Shown: positions 8,899-21,417, numbered from the stretch's first letter. The stretch: 64,000 nucleotides of DNA from an uncultured Solirubrobacterales bacterium (GCA_963830475.1 CAWHMX010000009.1:588061-652060), one strand, 5' to 3'. Made by a program: numbers and translations. Notes: a model not told the origin generated them from the letters alone.

Positions 8899-9528
8899 TC
8901 AGGTATCCAATGCGACTCCGACGAACCAATCGCTCTCGTGGAACACGACCGCCCCGGGTGTGCCCAGCTCCGCCGCCAGCGCGGCTGCGTCGAAGTAGCG
9001 TTTGTAGACCTGGAACTGCGAGCCGTCGTTGAGGACGCGGTCCTGCAGCTGCTCCGCGGCCTGATCGGCGCGGGTCGCCGCGTCGACGACGACCAGTTGC
9101 CGGGCCACTCTCAATGCCTCGGCGAGGAAGCGCTGGCGCTCGCCCGGCTGCAGATGGCCGTAGAAATGAGCCGTGAAGACCCGCTCGAACTCGCCGTCGG
9201 GGAACGGCAGCGCCAGCGCGTCCCCCTGGACGAACTGGGCGGCGGGGAGACGTTCGGCGGCGACCTGCAACATCCGCGCGCTCTGATCGAGTCCGACGAC
9301 CTCGCCCGCCAGATGCCGGGTCAGGAAGCCGGTTCCGCAGGCCACGTCGAGCGTCCGCACCGGGGCCAGCGCCGCCAGGTCGCGCTCGAGCGCGGCGACC
9401 GAGGCGTCCCAGTTGGGCCGATCCCGGGCGGCGAACAGGCCGGTTCCGAGGTACCACTCGTCGTACTCCGGCGCGCGCGTGTCGTAGTACTCCTTCACGC
9501 GCCGATCGTCCCATACAGTGGGCCGCAT
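8899..9528 (-). CDS. Class I SAM-dependent methyltransferase
   Basis: Motif I LDVACGTGFLTRHL, then ..GLDQS..ML.., ..DALALPFPDGEFERVF. Confidence 0.8.
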   Translation of the reverse strand: MRPTVWDDRRVKEYYDTRAPEYDEWYLGTGLFAARDRPNWDASVAALERDLAALAPVRTLDVACGTGFLTRHLAGEVVGLDQSARMLQVAAERLPAAQFVQGDALALPFPDGEFERVFTAHFYGHLQPGERQRFLAEALRVARQLVVVDAATRADQAAEQLQDRVLNDGSQFQVYKRYFDAAALAAELGTPGAVVFHESDWFVGVALDT

Positions 9529-9955
9529 GCACGAACTCGGGGAGCGCCGTCGGCTGAGCTTCGGCTCGGTCGCCGAGCAGTATGACCGGATCCGCCCGAG
9601 CTACCCCGAGCAGCTGGTCGACGACGTGATCGCGTATGCCGGCGACGGGCTGACGGCGGCAGGCCGCGCGCTCGAGGTCGGTGCCGGGACCGGCAAGGCG
9701 ACGCTCCAATTCGCCGCCCGTGGCCTGGGAGCGCTCGTGCCGAGCGGCGCGGAGCTGCGTCGATACGACTGGGCGAAACGCTACGGCGCCGCCGAGTGCA
9801 TCGAGCTCGTCGGGACCGACTCCGACCATCTCCTGCTCGATGCCGGCGAGCGCCTGCGGCTGTTCGGCGAGATCACCGAGGTGATCGGGGCGGCCGGGGG
9901 CAGCTTCGAGCTTCCGTACGGAACGCTGCTGTGTCTGGCGCGGCGCCGGCCCTAA
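9518..9955 (+). pseudogene. SAM-dependent methyltransferase-like remnant with in-frame internal deletion
   Basis: N-terminus (RRLSFGSVAEQYDRIRPSYPEQLVDDV..ALEVGAGTGKATLQFAARGL) and C-terminus (..ELPYGTLLCLARR) match the ends of a methyltransferase family I recall as roughly 250 aa. The middle of the Rossmann fold is missing, leaving 145 aa. ATG 9527 is the likely start. Confidence 0.5.
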
Positions 9956-10539
9956 CCGAACGCTTCCGCGCTGCGGTCGCGCTCGCCGAGGAGGTGCATG
10001 GAGGCACGCGACGATCGGGGACCGAGATTCCGTATCTCGCCCACCTGCTGGTCGTCACCGGACTCGTGCTCGAGGACGGAGGCAACGAGGACGAGGCGAT
10101 CGCGGCGATCCTGCACGACTCGGTTGAGGACGGCGGCGGGCGCCCTCTGCTCGAGCGGATCCGCCGCGAGTTCGGGGTGCGGGTGGCGGAGATCGTCGAA
10201 CAGTTGTCCGACTCGATCGAGATCGACACGAACGAGTCCTGGATCGAGCGCAAGCGCCGCTACCTAGCGGACCTGCAGGAGTGCCAGGACGAGGCCGTGC
10301 TGCGGGTCAGCCTGGCCGACAAGGTCAACAACGCCCGCGCGATCGTCCGCGAATACCGCGTCGAGGGCGACGCCCTCTGGCCACGTTTCGCCGACAAGAC
10401 CGCGGAGCAACAGATCTGGTACTACGGGCGGCTGGTGGAGGTGTTCGAGGCGAGGCGCCCGGGGCCGCTGACGGAGGATCTCCGCCGCGCATTCGACGAG
10501 CTGACGGCGCTCGTCGCCGAGCATGAGTCCGAGGGGTGA
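9931..10539 (+). CDS. HD domain protein (RelA/SpoT-type hydrolase-like)
   Basis: YLAHLLVVTGLVLEDGG..AILHDSVEDGG motif. Start set at in-frame GTG 9931, just before the stop of the upstream ORF. Start uncertain. Confidence 0.75.
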   Translation: MSGAAPALTERFRAAVALAEEVHGGTRRSGTEIPYLAHLLVVTGLVLEDGGNEDEAIAAILHDSVEDGGGRPLLERIRREFGVRVAEIVEQLSDSIEIDTNESWIERKRRYLADLQECQDEAVLRVSLADKVNNARAIVREYRVEGDALWPRFADKTAEQQIWYYGRLVEVFEARRPGPLTEDLRRAFDELTALVAEHESEG

Positions 10540-10594
10540 GCCCGGACGATCCGCGCTCGGACGCGGCGCCAAGCTGGGGTAAGGTGGCCGCGCG

Positions 10595-11626
10595 GTGTCC
10601 GTTGCCGCGTCGCCGAAGATGAACAATCGCACCCCGACGATGCAGGACGTGGCGAACGAGGCGGGTGTCTCGCGCGCGCTCGTGTCGCTGGTGATGCGCG
10701 GCCAGCCGAACGTCAGCGAGGAACGCCGTCTGCGAGTGCTGCAGGCGGCACGTCGGCTCGGCTACCGCCCCAACGCGATGGCCCGGAGCCTCGCGAGCCA
10801 GCGCACCCGTACCGTCGGGATAATCCTCGATGATCTAGCCAACCCGTTCTTCGCGGAGATCGTCGGGGGCATCGAACAGCTCGCCAGCGAGGCCGGATAC
10901 CAGCTGTTGCTCGGCACTGGCTCGCTGCGACCGAACCGAGAGCGCGAGGCTCTCGAGACGCTGCTCGAGTACCGCGCGGACGGGATCATCCTGATCAGCC
11001 CCCGGATGGCCGCGGCCGACATCGTCAAGGCCTCTCGCGAGGTCCCGGTCGTGTTGGTCGCGCGCGAGGTGCGTGACGCGAGCGCCGACCTCGTGATCAC
11101 CGACGACCGCCACGGGATCGAGCTGGTGCTGGATCACCTTGTCGGCCTCGGCCACAAGCGAATCGTCCACGTCGACGGCGGCGGCGGCGCCGGTGCCAGG
11201 CTGCGGCGCTCGTCCTACCTGAGGGGCATGCGCGCTCGCGGCCTCGAGGAGTACGCGAACGCGATTCATGGCGACTACACCGAGGAATCCGGCGTCCGCG
11301 CGGCCCGGGCGATGATCGAGGCGGGCGAGCTGCCGACCGCAGTGTTCGGCGCCAACGACATGACCGCGGCCGGGCTGCTCGGCGCGTTCGATCAGGCCGG
11401 GGTGGAGGTCCCGTCCGACGTCTCCATCGTCGGCTACGACAACGTGTACATCGCCCACCTCGCGCACGTCTCACTGACGACGATCGACCAGCCGAGGGTC
11501 CGGATGGGTAGGCTCGCGCTGGAGCTGCTGCTGGACCGGATCGAGAACCCGCGGGACCCGGTCGTGCGCCGGCTCGAGCCGACACTGGTGCTGCGCTCGA
11601 CCACCGCCCGTCCCCGTCGACGCTGA
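10595..11626 (+). CDS. LacI family transcriptional regulator
   Basis: HTH TMQDVANEAGVSRALVSLVMRG plus a periplasmic-binding-fold effector domain. ATG 10619 is an alternative start. Confidence 0.85.
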   Translation: MSVAASPKMNNRTPTMQDVANEAGVSRALVSLVMRGQPNVSEERRLRVLQAARRLGYRPNAMARSLASQRTRTVGIILDDLANPFFAEIVGGIEQLASEAGYQLLLGTGSLRPNREREALETLLEYRADGIILISPRMAAADIVKASREVPVVLVAREVRDASADLVITDDRHGIELVLDHLVGLGHKRIVHVDGGGGAGARLRRSSYLRGMRARGLEEYANAIHGDYTEESGVRAARAMIEAGELPTAVFGANDMTAAGLLGAFDQAGVEVPSDVSIVGYDNVYIAHLAHVSLTTIDQPRVRMGRLALELLLDRIENPRDPVVRRLEPTLVLRSTTARPRRR

Positions 11627-11646
11627 GCCGTCCGACTACGGACTCA

Positions 11647-12315
11647 TCAGAAGAGTCGGGGCACCAGCCGGGTCGCTCCGAGCGTGATCGCCAGCCCGCC
11701 TGCCAGGAACGCGACCGTTGCCAGCAGCAGCGGCCAGCGCCGCTGTAGCCACAGACGCGCCCGCGTCAGGACCGCCTCCGCGCGGTCGCCGGCGAACTCC
11801 AGGACCGCAACGATCCCGAGCAACGGCAGCACAAAGCAGACGTTGAATATCAGCAGCAGGATCACCTGCTCGACCGGGGACCTGTCCGAACCGACGATCG
11901 CCGCGATCGCTCCGAAGTAGGGAAACGCGGTCGGAAGCTCGATCGCCGTGATCGTCGCCCCGAGGAGGGCGCTCGACCGGCGCCCCGGAGCCACGTCCGT
12001 CAGTTCCTGCCGCAACCGGTCGCGGTGCTGCCACAGCAGCAGCCCGGCTATCAACATCGCCAGCCCGGCGATGACTTCGAGCAACGCCTTCGTGTCTCGG
12101 TCGGGATGCGGAACCAACGAAAGGACCAGCTGTCCGGGTCCGAGCGCGATCGCCACGCCACCCAGGAAATACACCACGAAGACGCCGGCCGTGAAGCGCA
12201 GAACCTGCTCACGCGGACGCTCCGCCGACGCGAGCAGCAGCGCCGGCGCGATCGTCGACGGGTTTAGCGAATCCGCGAGCCCGAGCGACACGACGATCCC
12301 GAGTAGCCGCAGCAT
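11647..12315 (-). CDS. GAP family (Sap/DUF2910-like) integral membrane protein
   Basis: MLRLLGIVVSLGLADSLNPSTIAPALLLA.. with multiple TM segments. Start at ATG 12315 within track ORF 11647..12498. Confidence 0.6.
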   Translation of the reverse strand: MLRLLGIVVSLGLADSLNPSTIAPALLLASAERPREQVLRFTAGVFVVYFLGGVAIALGPGQLVLSLVPHPDRDTKALLEVIAGLAMLIAGLLLWQHRDRLRQELTDVAPGRRSSALLGATITAIELPTAFPYFGAIAAIVGSDRSPVEQVILLLIFNVCFVLPLLGIVAVLEFAGDRAEAVLTRARLWLQRRWPLLLATVAFLAGGLAITLGATRLVPRLF

Positions 12316-12408
12316 GCAGCGAGATTCTGTCCGGTTCGGATCGTCCGTGCGGGTGAGCGGCGGCGCCGCCACCCTCCCGATACCCCCGGGCGAGCGATAC
12401 TGGGGTTC

Positions 12409-13362
12409 GTGCGCGTCGCCGTCCTCGATGACTACTATCGCCGCGCGCACGAGTTCGCGGACTGGGATTCGCTCGATGCCGAGGTCACCTTCTTGCACGA
12501 CCCGATCCCTCGGGAGCTACTCGCGGCCGAGCTCGCCGGCTTCGACGTGCTGGTACTGATGCGCGAGCGGACAGCTTTCCCGCGCGAGGTGCTCGAGCAG
12601 TTGCCGCGGCTGTCGCTGCTGGTGACGACGGGAATGCGCAACGCCTCGGTCGACCTCGCCTATCTCCACGAGCGCGGGGTTCCCGTGGCGGGGACCGCGA
12701 TGCGCGCGCCGGAGGCGGGCGTGCCAACCACAGCCGAGGTCGCGTGGGCTCTGCTTCTGTCGGTGCTGAAACGGGTCACCCTCGAGGATCGGGCGATCCG
12801 CAGCGGCATCTGGCAGGCAGGGATGCCGCGCGAACTGGCCGGGCTTACGCTCGGGCTCGCGGGTCTTGGTCGGCTTGGCGGAGCGATGGTCGCGCCGGCA
12901 CGGGCGTTCGGGATGGACGTGGTCGCCTGGAGCCAGAACCTGACGGCGGAGCGGGCGCTGGCCGTCGGCGCCGCTGCGGTGTCAAAGGAGCGGCTGCTCG
13001 CCGATAGCGACGTCCTCTCGATCCACCTCGTGCTGAGCGACCGGACGCGGGGCCTGTTCGGAGCCGCGGAGCTGGCGCTGATGAAGCCGACGGCGGTCCT
13101 GATCAACACCTCGCGCGGGCCGATCGTCGACGAGCAGGCGTTGATCGAGGTGCTGCGCGAGCATCGGATCGCAGCGGCCGGCCTCGACGTGTTCGACCGG
13201 GAGCCGCTTCCGCCAGGTCATGAGCTGGCGACGCTCGAGAACACGGTCCTGCTGCCGCACCTCGGGTACGTGAGCGAGGATGCGTTCCGCTCGATGTACG
13301 GGCAGGCGGTCGAGGACATCGCCGCCCACATACGAGGTCAGCCGATCAGGCTGGTCAATTGA
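12409..13362 (+). CDS. D-isomer-specific 2-hydroxyacid dehydrogenase family protein
   Basis: NAD-binding GLAGLGRLGGAMV and catalytic region ..LINTSRGPIVDE..LDVF..EP..LPHLGY. Confidence 0.85.
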   Translation: MRVAVLDDYYRRAHEFADWDSLDAEVTFLHDPIPRELLAAELAGFDVLVLMRERTAFPREVLEQLPRLSLLVTTGMRNASVDLAYLHERGVPVAGTAMRAPEAGVPTTAEVAWALLLSVLKRVTLEDRAIRSGIWQAGMPRELAGLTLGLAGLGRLGGAMVAPARAFGMDVVAWSQNLTAERALAVGAAAVSKERLLADSDVLSIHLVLSDRTRGLFGAAELALMKPTAVLINTSRGPIVDEQALIEVLREHRIAAAGLDVFDREPLPPGHELATLENTVLLPHLGYVSEDAFRSMYGQAVEDIAAHIRGQPIRLVN

Positions 13363-13498
13363 CAGCGGAGCGCCGAGACGGCCGTCGCGAGGCCCCACGC
13401 GGGGGCGCTACACTGCCGCCGAGCGTCGGTGGGCGGGCGTGAGCACGCTTTGAGCCCGCCGCTGATCCCTTCCACCCACCGTCCGGGAACGAGAACAA

Positions 13499-13663
13499 AT
13501 GGCCCGTGGAGACGTCCGGATTGCCGCCACGCTCGCGTGCGAGGACTGCAAGCGCCGGAATTATCAAACGAACAAGAGCAAGCGCAATAACCCGGAGCGA
13601 CTCCAGCTGAGGAAGTACTGCCGCTGGTGCCGGCGCCACACCGCGCACCGCGAGACTCGCTAG
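13499..13663 (+). CDS. rpmG: 50S ribosomal protein L33
   Basis: 54-aa ORF read directly from the sequence: [54 protein letters not shown]. It has the CxxC..CxxC zinc-ribbon type. Too short for the ORF track. It lies 21 nt upstream of secE. Confidence 0.9.
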   Translation: MARGDVRIAATLACEDCKRRNYQTNKSKRNNPERLQLRKYCRWCRRHTAHRETR

Positions 13664-13684
13664 TTCACCCACCGAGAGCTGCCA

Positions 13685-14218
13685 ATGGCCCGCAACCGCA
13701 AACGAGGAAGAGATCGGCGTTCTCGCCCGGCCGAGAGTGCGCAGGTCGGCGCGCGTGTGGGTCTGTCCGCCGGCGCCGACGGACAGAACGGCACGATCGG
13801 AGATCCGGGGAATGATGTGCCGGCGGCACTGAGGCACTCGAGTCCGGACACGGAGCTGGCCGATGCACAGGTTGCGTTTGGCCGCCCCGAGCTCGCCGAG
13901 GTTCCCACTGCCAGGGAACTGGAGGAGTTCGAGGAGGCCGAGGCTGCAGCCGATGCTGAAGCACAGTCCGATGGCGCCGGTGAGGTCGCGATCCGCCACC
14001 CGGCTCACGCCCCAGCAACGCGCCCCATCAGCCTCGTCTCGCGGTTCGTCGGCTTCCTTCGGGGAAGCTGGGCCGAGCTGCAGCGAGTACAGTGGCCCGA
14101 TCGCCGGCAGGTCATGCAGGCCACGGGTGTCGTGCTCGGGTTCGTGATCGTTGCCGGCGTGTTCCTCGGGGTGGCGGACGTCATCTCCTCAAAGCTCGTC
14201 AACCTGCTCATCAGGTAG
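13685..14218 (+). CDS. secE: Preprotein translocase subunit SecE (long N-terminal extension)
   Basis: C-terminal [43 protein letters not shown] is the SecE TM signature. Position between rpmG and nusG agrees. Confidence 0.8.
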   Translation: MARNRKRGRDRRSRPAESAQVGARVGLSAGADGQNGTIGDPGNDVPAALRHSSPDTELADAQVAFGRPELAEVPTARELEEFEEAEAAADAEAQSDGAGEVAIRHPAHAPATRPISLVSRFVGFLRGSWAELQRVQWPDRRQVMQATGVVLGFVIVAGVFLGVADVISSKLVNLLIR

Positions 14219-14231
14219 CGCCTGCACTCAC

Positions 14232-14753
14232 ATGTTTCGCTGGTACGTCGTGAATACATATTCCGGACACGAGAACAAGGTCAAGCACAACCTGGAGCAT
14301 CGGGTCGTGTCGCTTGGCCAGCAGCGCGCTGTCCGGCAGATCGTCGTACCGACCGAGTCGGTGTCCGAGATGAAGGACAACCAGAAGATCACGATCGAGC
14401 GCCGGACGATGCCCGGCTACGTGCTGGTCAACATGGACCTCAACGAGGACTCCTGGTCGCTGGTCAAGGGCACCCCGGGGGTCACAGGTTTCGTCGGCGC
14501 CTCGCAGGAACCGGTGCCGCTGACCCAGGCCGAGGTCGACCGGTTGCTGCACCAGGAGACCGCCGAGCGCCCGCGGAGCCGCGCGCAGTTCTCGATCGGC
14601 GAATCGATCAAGGTGGTGTCAGGTCCACTCTCCGATTTCTCGGGCGAGATCTCAGAGGTCAATGAGGACGGCCAGAAACTGAAGGTGCTGGTGTCGATCT
14701 TCGGGCGCGAGACACCCGTTGAAGTTGGCTTCGATCAGGTCAAGAAGATTTAG
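14232..14753 (+). CDS. nusG: Transcription termination/antitermination factor NusG
   Basis: [22 protein letters not shown].. (NGN domain) and a C-terminal KOW ([21 protein letters not shown]). ATG 14232 lies inside track ORF 14151... Confidence 0.95.
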   Translation: MFRWYVVNTYSGHENKVKHNLEHRVVSLGQQRAVRQIVVPTESVSEMKDNQKITIERRTMPGYVLVNMDLNEDSWSLVKGTPGVTGFVGASQEPVPLTQAEVDRLLHQETAERPRSRAQFSIGESIKVVSGPLSDFSGEISEVNEDGQKLKVLVSIFGRETPVEVGFDQVKKI

Positions 14754-14764
14754 GAAGCAAGGGA

Positions 14765-15187
14765 ATGGCCAAGAAGGTCCTCACACAAATCAAGTTGCAG
14801 GCGGTTGGCGGTCAGGCCAGCCCCGCGCCTCCGGTCGGGCCAGCGCTCGGCCAGCACGGCGTCAACATCATGGAGTTCGTCAAGGCGTTCAACGCGCAGA
14901 CGCAGAACGACACCGGCACGGTGATCCCGGTCGTGATCACGGTCTACGAGGACCGCTCGTTCACCTTCGTCACCAAGAGCCCGCCCGCGGCGGTCCTGAT
15001 CAAGCAGGCGGTCGGGGTGGACAAGGGCTCGGCCGAGCCGAACCGCAACAAGGTCGCGCAGATCACGCAGGACCAACTGCGCGAGATCGCCGAGAAGAAA
15101 ATGAAGGACCTGAACGCCAACGACATCGACGCGGCGTCGAAGATCATCGCCGGAACCGCGCGTTCGATGGGCGTGGAGGTGGTGTGA
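14765..15187 (+). CDS. rplK: 50S ribosomal protein L11
   Basis: [43 protein letters not shown]... Confidence 0.97.
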   Translation: MAKKVLTQIKLQAVGGQASPAPPVGPALGQHGVNIMEFVKAFNAQTQNDTGTVIPVVITVYEDRSFTFVTKSPPAAVLIKQAVGVDKGSAEPNRNKVAQITQDQLREIAEKKMKDLNANDIDAASKIIAGTARSMGVEVV

Positions 15188-15223
15188 TGAGAGCGAACCG
15201 TGACGGTGAGCGACACAATCGGA

Positions 15224-15250
15224 CCGCGGGGCCGGATGCCCCGCGGAGGT
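15224..15250 (+). promoter_or_regulatory. Hairpin abutting the rplA Shine-Dalgarno (possible translational operator)
   Basis: CCGCGGGGC (15224-15232) pairs with GCCCCGCGG (15238-15246), 9 bp with a 5-nt loop. The 3' arm runs into GGAGGT (15245-15250), 6 nt before ATG 15257. Confidence 0.35.
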
Positions 15251-15256
15251 GACCCT

Positions 15257-15970
15257 ATGCATGGCAAGTCATACCTGGACGCTCGCCAGCGCTTCGACCG
15301 GGAGCGCGAGTACGCGCCCTCAGAGGCGATCTCGCTGGTCAAGCAGCTGTCGTCGGTCAAATTCAACGAGTCGATCGAGGTACACGTTCGCACCGGGCTG
15401 AACGTCCGGCACGCGGACGAGCAGCTGCGCGGCACGATCGCGCTGCCCAACGGCCTCGGCAAGGACGTGAAGGTCGCCGTCTTCGCGCAGGGCGACAAGG
15501 CCCGCGAGGCCGAGGAAGCGGGCGCCGACGTGGTCGGCGCCGAGGACCTCGCCAAGCGGATTCAGGAGGGGTTCGACGACTTCGACGTCGCAATCGCGAC
15601 ACCGGACCTGATGCCGGTGGTCGGCCGGCTCGGTCGGATCCTCGGACCGTCGGGGAAGATGCCGAACCCGAAGGTCGGCACCGTGACGATGGACGTCGCC
15701 AAGGCGGTTGAGGAGTCCAAAGCCGGCAAGGTCGAGTACCGAACCGACCGCAACGCGATCGTCCACCTCGTGATCGGCAAGCGCGACTTCGACGAGCGCA
15801 AGCTGCTCGAGAATTACGGCGCGGTGATCGACGAGCTGATCCGCGCCAAGCCCGCGGCGGCCAAGGGTCGGTACATCCGGTCGGTCACATTTGCCTCGAC
15901 GATGGGCCCCGGCGTCAAGGTTGATCCAACCCGCACTCGAGACATCCTCGAGGAGGCCGTGGCGGCCTAA
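15257..15970 (+). CDS. rplA: 50S ribosomal protein L1
   Basis: [50 protein letters not shown]... ATG 15257 with GGAGGT upstream. Confidence 0.95.
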   Translation: MHGKSYLDARQRFDREREYAPSEAISLVKQLSSVKFNESIEVHVRTGLNVRHADEQLRGTIALPNGLGKDVKVAVFAQGDKAREAEEAGADVVGAEDLAKRIQEGFDDFDVAIATPDLMPVVGRLGRILGPSGKMPNPKVGTVTMDVAKAVEESKAGKVEYRTDRNAIVHLVIGKRDFDERKLLENYGAVIDELIRAKPAAAKGRYIRSVTFASTMGPGVKVDPTRTRDILEEAVAA

Positions 15971-16014
15971 GGGGTGACCCTGACGGCCCATGTGGCCGTC
16001 AAAGGCGGGGCCCC
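15971..16014 (+). repeat. Palindromic intergenic repeat, copy A
   Basis: GGGGTGACCCTGACGGCCCATGTGGCCGTCAAAGGCGGGGCCCC begins immediately after the rplA stop codon. Related copies lie at 25761-25803 and 54784-54825. Confidence 0.7.
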
Positions 16015-16161
16015 AATGCGGATTCAGCGCTGTCGCCTACACTCGACAGAGCAAACTTCAAAGAGACGAAGCCCGAGACCTCCGGCGGCGCGGTTGCGCG
16101 GAAGCCCGGAGCAGGTGGAGCCTCGAACGCCGGCCACGGATTCGTTTGTGGCTCGCCGTCG

Positions 16162-16190
16162 ACGCCCGCCAGGTCAGAGCGGGCGTTTTT
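16162..16190 (+). terminator. Terminator-like hairpin with T5 inside the rplJ leader (candidate attenuator)
   Basis: ACGCCCGC (16162-16169) pairs with GCGGGCGT (16179-16186), followed by TTTTT (16186-16190). It lies 19 nt before the rplJ ATG. Confidence 0.5.
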
Positions 16191-16208
16191 CGTGGAGAGC
16201 GAGCACGT

Positions 16209-16994
16209 ATGAATCGAGATGAAAAAGCGGCGGTGATCGATGAGGTGGCCGGTGAGATCGGCTCGGCCGACGCGATCTTCGCCGTCGACTACCGCGGGAT
16301 AACGGTCTCGCAGGTAGCCGAGCTGCGCACGAAGCTGCGCGACTCGGATACCAAGCTGCGGGTCGTCAAGAACTCGCTGTCCGAGCGCGCTGCCGACCAG
16401 GCGGGCGCCGGAGACCTGAAGTCCCTGCTGATGGGGCCGACGGCCCTGGCGCTGGTTCGGGGCGATGCCGCGGCTGCCGCCAAGGTGCTGAGTGACACCG
16501 CACGGGTGTTGCGCGGGCCGCTGGGGTTCAAGGGCGGTTTGATGTCCGGTGCACTGCTGACTGCCGCGGATGTCGAGGCGATCGCCAAGCTGCCCTCGCG
16601 CGAGGTGCTCCATGGGCAGTTGGTCGGGACGATCGCGGCGCCGCTGAGCGGGCTGGTGCGGACGCTCAACGCGCTGATCAGCGGGCTCGCGATACAGCTC
16701 GGGCAGATCGCCGAGCAGGGGCTTGTGAGTGGCACCGCCGAAACCTCGGCTGAGGAGGCGCCGGCCGCTGAGGAGGCACCACCGGCCGCTGAGGAGGCAC
16801 CGCCTGCCGCTGAGAAGGCGCCTGCTGCTGAGGAAGAACCCCCGGCTGTTGAGGAGCCACCGCCAGCCACCGAAGCCGAGGAGACGCTGGTAGCTCCCGA
16901 AGCAGCGGCCGAGGCTTCACCGGAGGATTCGGCTTCGACCGAAGATTCGCAGTCAACTGAAGGCACGTCGGATGACGCGCCATCCGATGAGTAA
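16209..16994 (+). CDS. rplJ: 50S ribosomal protein L10 with about 90-aa acidic Pro/Ala-rich C-terminal extension
   Basis: [44 protein letters not shown]... ATG 16209 lies inside track ORF 15990... 261 aa in total. Confidence 0.95.
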   Translation: MNRDEKAAVIDEVAGEIGSADAIFAVDYRGITVSQVAELRTKLRDSDTKLRVVKNSLSERAADQAGAGDLKSLLMGPTALALVRGDAAAAAKVLSDTARVLRGPLGFKGGLMSGALLTAADVEAIAKLPSREVLHGQLVGTIAAPLSGLVRTLNALISGLAIQLGQIAEQGLVSGTAETSAEEAPAAEEAPPAAEEAPPAAEKAPAAEEEPPAVEEPPPATEAEETLVAPEAAAEASPEDSASTEDSQSTEGTSDDAPSDE

Positions 16995-17005
16995 CAGGAG
17001 GAAAC

Positions 17006-17398
17006 ATGGCAACCACCACCACTGACTGGATCGAAGAGCTCAAGTCGATCTCGGTTCTCGAGCTATCCGAGCGGATCAAGGCGCTGGAGGAGGCCTTCGG
17101 CGTTTCCGCCACGGCCGTCGCCGCGGCCGCTCCGGTCGCCGCCGGCGGTGCGGGCGGTGACGGCGCCGCTGCCGCCGAGGAGGAGCAGAGCGCGTTCGAC
17201 GTGGTCCTGACCGCGGCCGGTGACAAGAAGATCCAGGTGATCAAGGTCGTCCGCGCGGCCACCGGCCTCGGCCTGAAGGAGGCCAAGGCGCTCGTGGACG
17301 AGGCCCCCAAACCGATCAAGGAGGGCATCGAGAAGGAAGAGGCCAACAAGCTCAAGGCAGAGCTCGAGGAGGCCGGCGGCTCCGTCGAGCTGAAGTAG
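17006..17398 (+). CDS. rplL: 50S ribosomal protein L7/L12
   Basis: ..[56 protein letters not shown]. Confidence 0.97.
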   Translation: MATTTTDWIEELKSISVLELSERIKALEEAFGVSATAVAAAAPVAAGGAGGDGAAAAEEEQSAFDVVLTAAGDKKIQVIKVVRAATGLGLKEAKALVDEAPKPIKEGIEKEEANKLKAELEEAGGSVELK

Positions 17399-17424
17399 CT
17401 CCGTCGACACGATCGGTATGTGAC

Positions 17425-17459
17425 AGAGGGCGCCCTCCGACGTGGCGCCCTCTTTCGTT
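17425..17459 (+). terminator. Rho-independent terminator/attenuator after rplL
   Basis: AGAGGGCGCC (17425-17434) pairs with GGCGCCCTCT (17444-17453), 10 bp, followed by TTTCGTT. Confidence 0.75.
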
Positions 17460-17524
17460 AGGTGATCGGCCGTCGGATGGCTTGAGCCAGGTCGACGATC
17501 GACTGCCTTCCGATCTTGCGAGAG

Positions 17525-17553
17525 TTGCCACATAGCGGGTTTGCCCCTACACT
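17525..17553 (+). promoter_or_regulatory. Sigma-70/SigA-type promoter candidate for rpoBC
   Basis: TTGCCA (17525-17530), a 17-nt spacer, then TACACT (17548-17553). It sits between the rplL terminator and rpoB. Confidence 0.5.
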
Positions 17554-17754
17554 GGCGCGCGTCAGTCGATAGTCGTAGCCGTCCAATCAGGTGGACGCCG
17601 CGCCACATACGCGGCAAGTCCCGGGCGGGGTCCGTGAGCGCTGACCGTCCCTGCATAGGGCATCGATGCCCTGTGCTATGTTTTGTTGTCCGCGTCTGGC
17701 GCGATCCACGCCGGGTGCGCGCACCTCTCTCCCACGGCCCGAGGAGTCGCAGTC

Positions 17755-21417
<3,663 letters not shown>

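Noticed and set aside
13363-13498. tRNA upstream of the secE-nusG unit, as I recall for some Actinobacteria, and a possible degenerate repeat copy (GAGACGGCCGTCGCGAGGCCCC at about 13376-13397).
   Set aside because: No cloverleaf or T-loop (GTTCRANYC) consensus can be drawn. The interval instead holds the rpmG leader. The resemblance to the repeat is limited to GACGGCCGTC plus GGCCCC and is too short to call.
13685-14010. Roughly 110-residue charged N-terminal extension of SecE as a novelty.
   Set aside because: From memory, long N-terminal extensions of SecE occur in other Actinobacteria (e.g. mycobacteria), so this alone is not unusual.
16740-16870. Tandem 18-21-nt repeats that might suggest a CRISPR or minisatellite array.
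   Set aside because: They lie in frame inside rplJ and encode the AEEAPPA-type tail. There are no unique spacers and no cas genes.
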